From assembly GCA_937995645.1 (NCBI GenBank), contig CALKJP010000019.1:1-40944 (forward strand): DNA of 40,944 nt, written 5' to 3'. The stretch's first letter is position 1. Every line of letters starts with the position of its first letter. Under the pieces are notes generated by a model, which was not told the DNA's origin, did no database searches, and saw only the letters and a list, made by a program, of their open reading frames with translations. The stretch comes from an uncultured Bacteroidia bacterium. Lineage in GTDB: Bacteria > Bacteroidota > Bacteroidia > JACCXN01. The position numbers and the translations under genes were made by a program. Of the stretch, positions 37,115 to 40,944 are shown piece after piece.

Positions 37115-37797
37115 ATGTGATTTTGAATTAAATTGATAATTGATTCAATTGAATGAGCATTATCAACCGAAAAATCACCAATTTTAGTTCTACGCAATGC
37201 TGTTAAATGCCCTCCTGTATTGAGTATTTTACCATAGTCGTATGCTATTGAACGTATGTAGGTCCCTTTACTGCAAATAATTCTAAAATCTATATCCGGC
37301 AAATTGATGTTTATTATATCAAAGGTTTTGATAGTTACTTTACGTGTGGGCATTTTAATATCATCGCCTCTGCGTGCTGCTTCGTAAGCACGTTCTCCTT
37401 CTATTTTTTTAGCTGAAAAGATGGGCGGTTGTTGTAAAATTTCTCCGGTTAAAATTTGTGTTGCTTTTAATAATAATTCCTCGTTCAAATGATTAATCGG
37501 AAATGTTTGATTAATTTCAGTTTCCAAATCATACGAAGGTGTAGTAGCTCCCAATCGAATTGTTCCTGTATATTCTTTTATCTGCGCCTGATAAGTATCT
37601 ATATGTTTAGTTTCTTTTCCTGTACAAATTATTAATAAGCCGGAGGCTAATGGGTCTAAAGTGCCGGCATGACCTACTTTAATTTTTTTAACTCCTAGTT
37701 TTTTGCGAATATGCCAGCGGATATGATCTACAACACGAAAAGATGTCCATCCAAGTGGCTTATCTATCAATAAAACTTCGCCTTTTACAAAATCCAT
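37111..37797 (-). CDS. truB: tRNA pseudouridine(55) synthase
   Basis: DKPLGWTS, KVGHAGTLDPLASGLL, PPIFSAKK, CSKGTYIRS, HLTALRRT. Confidence 0.97.
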   Translation of the reverse strand: MDFVKGEVLLIDKPLGWTSFRVVDHIRWHIRKKLGVKKIKVGHAGTLDPLASGLLIICTGKETKHIDTYQAQIKEYTGTIRLGATTPSYDLETEINQTFPINHLNEELLLKATQILTGEILQQPPIFSAKKIEGERAYEAARRGDDIKMPTRKVTIKTFDIININLPDIDFRIICSKGTYIRSIAYDYGKILNTGGHLTALRRTKIGDFSVDNAHSIESIINLIQNHI

Positions 37798-37844
37798 TTA
37801 TTTAATTCTTCGATTTGAAAATATGTAAATGTGTAAAATAAACA

Positions 37845-38630
37845 TTACATTTCTAAGCCAATGGAATAGGCTAAAATAAGAAATAAAACTCCCAAAATAA
37901 TACGATAATAACCAAAATGCTTAAATCCGTATTTGGTTAAAAAAGCAATAAATCCTTTTACTGCAATAATGGCTACAATAAATGCTACCAAAGCTCCTAT
38001 AAATAAAATTGCAATATCGTCTGAATGTATATTGTCTTTTTCCTTTAACAAATCATATCCTGATGCTGCAAACATAGTTGGTATGGCTAATAGAAAACTA
38101 AATTCTGCAGCTTGTTTTCTGTCAAAACCGGATAAAACCCCTCCAAAAATAGTTGCTGCTGCTCTGGAAACTCCCGGTATCATTGAAAGGCATTGAATCA
38201 AACCAATTTTAAATGCTCCGGTGTAAGATATATCTTCAATATCTTTGTATTCTGATTTTTTTTCTTCGCTCCATTTATCAAGCAATACAAGAATAACGCC
38301 TCCAATAATTAGTGAAACACTTACCGTAAAAGGATTAAACAAATAATGTTTAATTGTTTTATAAGCTAAAAAACCTATGATTCCTGTAGGTAAAAATGCA
38401 ACGAAAAGTTTGGTGTAAATATTTATCCCTACGAAAAAACGCTTGATGTAAAGCAGCAAAACCGCCATAATAGCACCAAGTTGAATAACTATTTCAAATG
38501 TTTTGGCAAATTCTTTATCCTGAATATCCATTAATGAATCGGCCAGAATCATGTGCCCGGTAGATGACACGGGTAAAAACTCAGTCAAACCCTCAATAAT
38601 GGCAATAATAACAGCCTGTAAAACGCTCAT
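37845..38630 (-). CDS. uppP: Undecaprenyl-diphosphate phosphatase
   Basis: EGLTEFLPVSSTGH, IQLGAI, PGVSR, AAEFSFLLAIP, FGYYRI. Confidence 0.96.
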   Translation of the reverse strand: MSVLQAVIIAIIEGLTEFLPVSSTGHMILADSLMDIQDKEFAKTFEIVIQLGAIMAVLLLYIKRFFVGINIYTKLFVAFLPTGIIGFLAYKTIKHYLFNPFTVSVSLIIGGVILVLLDKWSEEKKSEYKDIEDISYTGAFKIGLIQCLSMIPGVSRAAATIFGGVLSGFDRKQAAEFSFLLAIPTMFAASGYDLLKEKDNIHSDDIAILFIGALVAFIVAIIAVKGFIAFLTKYGFKHFGYYRIILGVLFLILAYSIGLEM

Positions 38631-38658
38631 TTTTAAGAAAAAATAATCGGCAGAAAAA

Positions 38659-38898
38659 TTACTGCTTGTTTTTTGGAGTATATAAAATGGCTACTACTTC
38701 TATGGCAAAGCCTATAAGAATAACAATTGGCGCTAATGTTAATCTGCGAAAACTGAAAATTTCTTCAGAAAAAACGTTTGGGTCATCAGAGCCTCCGCCA
38801 ACCATTAATAAATAACCAAGGCCTATAACTGCAATACCCACCAACATTATTATAAAGTTGATGCGCTCAAAAGGAAATGATGTTGTAATTTTTGACAT
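38659..38898 (-). CDS. DUF3098 family small membrane protein
   Basis: LMVGGGSDDPNVFSEEIFSFRRLTLAP; lies between ftsX and uppP. Confidence 0.88.
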   Translation of the reverse strand: MSKITTSFPFERINFIIMLVGIAVIGLGYLLMVGGGSDDPNVFSEEIFSFRRLTLAPIVILIGFAIEVVAILYTPKNKQ

Positions 38899-38904
38899 AA
38901 TTAT

Positions 38905-39780
38905 TTAGTATAAGTCATCTGTTTTTAATCGTAAATATTTTCTCACTGCCAAGAAGGTAGATAACCACGAAATTAATACTCCCAGCAGTATTACAAAAGC
39001 AAATAGGATAGCGATTAATTGTTCGTCTTGCAAAAATAATAATTCAGGTATTTCACGCTGTGCAATATATAATAATCCAACCAATAAAGCTACTGATATA
39101 ATACCGGCATAAATGCCATGTAAAAGGCCCTTTATAACAAAAGGCCTGCGAATAAAACCTTTGGTAGCTCCTACCAATTGCATACTTTTTATCAAAAAAC
39201 GTTTTGAATATATGGATAGTCGAATGGTATTATTAATTAAAGCAATAGAAATTATCAGCAATAAGGTACTAAAAGCTAACATTACCAAACTGATTTTTTT
39301 TATATTTTCATTTACCATGCTTATAAGTGATTTTTGATAAATCACTTCTTTCACTTTGCTGTTTGATAACAATTCGCGCTCAATCCATGCGATGCTGTCA
39401 TTATTTGCGAAATCTGCTTTTAAACGAACTTCAATAGATGCCAGTAATGGATTATATCCCAAAAATGAAATAAAATCTTCGCCTAAATCATTTTTTAACG
39501 ATTCAGCTGCCTTTTCTTTGGTGATGTATTCGGTAGATTTTACATAGTTAGCAGCATCCAGCGTTTTTTGCAACTGCACAATATCAACCTCTTTTACATT
39601 TTCTTTCAGGATTACTGAAAAACCAATGTTTTCTTTTACATAATCAGATAACTTTTTAGCATGTAAAACAATAAGTCCCAAAGTACCCAGCATAAATAAA
39701 ACCAAACTGATACTGATTACAGTAGAAAAGTAAGATGATTGCGCTCTTCTACGAGTATATTTTTCTGTTCCGCTTGCCAT
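38905..39780 (-). CDS. ftsX: Cell division permease FtsX
   Basis: ISISLVLF, LGYNPL, LINNTIRLSIYSKRFLIKSMQLVGAT..FIRRPF. Confidence 0.94.
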   Translation of the reverse strand: MASGTEKYTRRRAQSSYFSTVISISLVLFMLGTLGLIVLHAKKLSDYVKENIGFSVILKENVKEVDIVQLQKTLDAANYVKSTEYITKEKAAESLKNDLGEDFISFLGYNPLLASIEVRLKADFANNDSIAWIERELLSNSKVKEVIYQKSLISMVNENIKKISLVMLAFSTLLLIISIALINNTIRLSIYSKRFLIKSMQLVGATKGFIRRPFVIKGLLHGIYAGIISVALLVGLLYIAQREIPELLFLQDEQLIAILFAFVILLGVLISWLSTFLAVRKYLRLKTDDLY

Positions 39781-39918
39781 TAATTAAATACTAATTTCAA
39801 GCTACTAAGTTAGTAAAAAAATTAGGGCTTAAAATTTTTGTTGATTTATGCTATGTTAAAAAGGTATAACGCGATATTTTGTAACTTCGGCAACTCAAAA
39901 AAAGAATAGCATCGCATT

Positions 39919-40944
39919 ATGGAATACAACTTTAGAGAAATAGAAAAAAAATGGCAACAATATTGGGCAGAAAACAAAACTTACAAAGCTTTAGATAATA
40001 GCAATAAAAATAAATATTATGTGTTGGATATGTTTCCCTACCCTTCGGGTGCGGGCTTGCATGTTGGGCATCCGCTTGGATATATCGCCTCTGATATTAT
40101 AGCGCGTTATAAACGTCATAAAGGTTTTAATGTGCTACACCCAATGGGTTACGATAGCTTTGGTTTACCTGCCGAGCAATACGCCATTCAAACCGGTCAG
40201 CATCCTGCTATTACTACCGAACAAAATATTAAGCGCTATCGCGAACAATTAGATAAAATAGGCTTTTCATTCGATTGGGACAGAGAAGTACGCACCAGCG
40301 ATCCCAACTATTATAAATGGACACAGTGGATTTTTATTCAGCTTTTTAATTCGTGGTATAACCCCGAAACTGACAAAGCAGAAGCCATTGAAACACTTAT
40401 TGAAAAAATAATTAAAAATCCGGCTCATTATAATCTTCAAAAAAACTGGAATGAACTTTCAGAAAAAGAACAATCAGATTTTTTAATGAATTACCGATTA
40501 GCTTATTTAAGCGAGGCTTACGTAAACTGGTGTCCGGCTTTGGGTACTGTATTAGCCAATGACGAAGTAAAAGATGGCGTGAGCGAACGCGGTGGCCATC
40601 CGGTAGAACGTAAATTAATGAAACAATGGAGCCTTCGCATTACGGCTTATGCCGAACGCTTACTAAAAGGCTTAGATACTATCGACTGGAGCGAAAGTAT
40701 AAAAGAAGCACAAAGAAACTGGATTGGGAAATCGGAAGGAACCAGCCTCAAATTTAAAATTAATGGGCATGATGCAGCGGTGGAAGTTTTTACAACAAGA
40801 CCTGACACTATCTTCGGAGTAAGTTATTTAACACTTGCTCCCGAGCATGAATTGGTTGAAAAAATTACCACTTCGGAGCAAAAAGCAAAAGTAGAAGCAT
40901 ACATAACTTATGCTAAAAATCGCAGCGAACGCGAAAGACAGGCC
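39919..40944 (+). CDS. leuS: Leucine--tRNA ligase, 5' part (runs off the window)
   Basis: Not in the ORF track. [13 protein letters not shown]...[19 protein letters not shown] (HIGH-like), [29 protein letters not shown]. Confidence 0.97.
   Translation, partial: MEYNFREIEKKWQQYWAENKTYKALDNSNKNKYYVLDMFPYPSGAGLHVGHPLGYIASDIIARYKRHKGFNVLHPMGYDSFGLPAEQYAIQTGQHPAITTEQNIKRYREQLDKIGFSFDWDREVRTSDPNYYKWTQWIFIQLFNSWYNPETDKAEAIETLIEKIIKNPAHYNLQKNWNELSEKEQSDFLMNYRLAYLSEAYVNWCPALGTVLANDEVKDGVSERGGHPVERKLMKQWSLRITAYAERLLKGLDTIDWSESIKEAQRNWIGKSEGTSLKFKINGHDAAVEVFTTRPDTIFGVSYLTLAPEHELVEKITTSEQKAKVEAYITYAKNRSERERQA

Noticed and set aside
2733-39547. Many 60-126 aa ORFs nested in or antisense to larger genes (e.g. 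2733-2987, 14325-14705, 29172-29546, 33778-34086)
   Set aside because: They are shadow frames of well-supported genes and show no independent motifs or initiation context.
40340-40500. Insertion in LeuRS after FNSWY
   Set aside because: The frame is intact and I recall a similar insertion as typical of Bacteroidota LeuRS; no intein or intron signatures.

Overview
AT-rich chromosomal segment of a Bacteroidota (Bacteroidetes) bacterium. The lineage call rests on repeated TAnnTTTG -7 promoter elements, a T9SS type-B cargo/PorP pair and the ftsX-DUF3098-uppP-truB gene order. There are about 40 CDS, mostly housekeeping (lolE-like permease, rbfA, hflX, mlaEF-like, feoAB, manC, slyD, gmk, yicC, truB, uppP, ftsX, leuS). 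I found no rRNA, tRNA, CRISPR array or transposase. The strongest candidate for an undescribed system is the divergent locus at 1945-8451. On the minus strand is a translationally coupled operon (duplicated-domain lipoprotein, Lys-rich repeat protein, VTC-type polyphosphate-polymerase domain protein, DUF4956 membrane protein). It is back-to-back with a T9SS-secreted CotH kinase and its own PorP/SprF partner, which suggests a trans-envelope polyphosphate/surface-phosphorylation pathway (inference). Also notable are a DoxX-3xUSP-eRF1-like operon preceded by twin TGAC-N4-GTCA operators, an unannotated 55-aa CxxC lipoprotein upstream of feoAB, a U32-ferredoxin pair, an amidohydrolase/pseudo-amidohydrolase pair, and several intergenic short-period repeats and a palindromic repeat. 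All family assignments come from motif recognition, not database searches.
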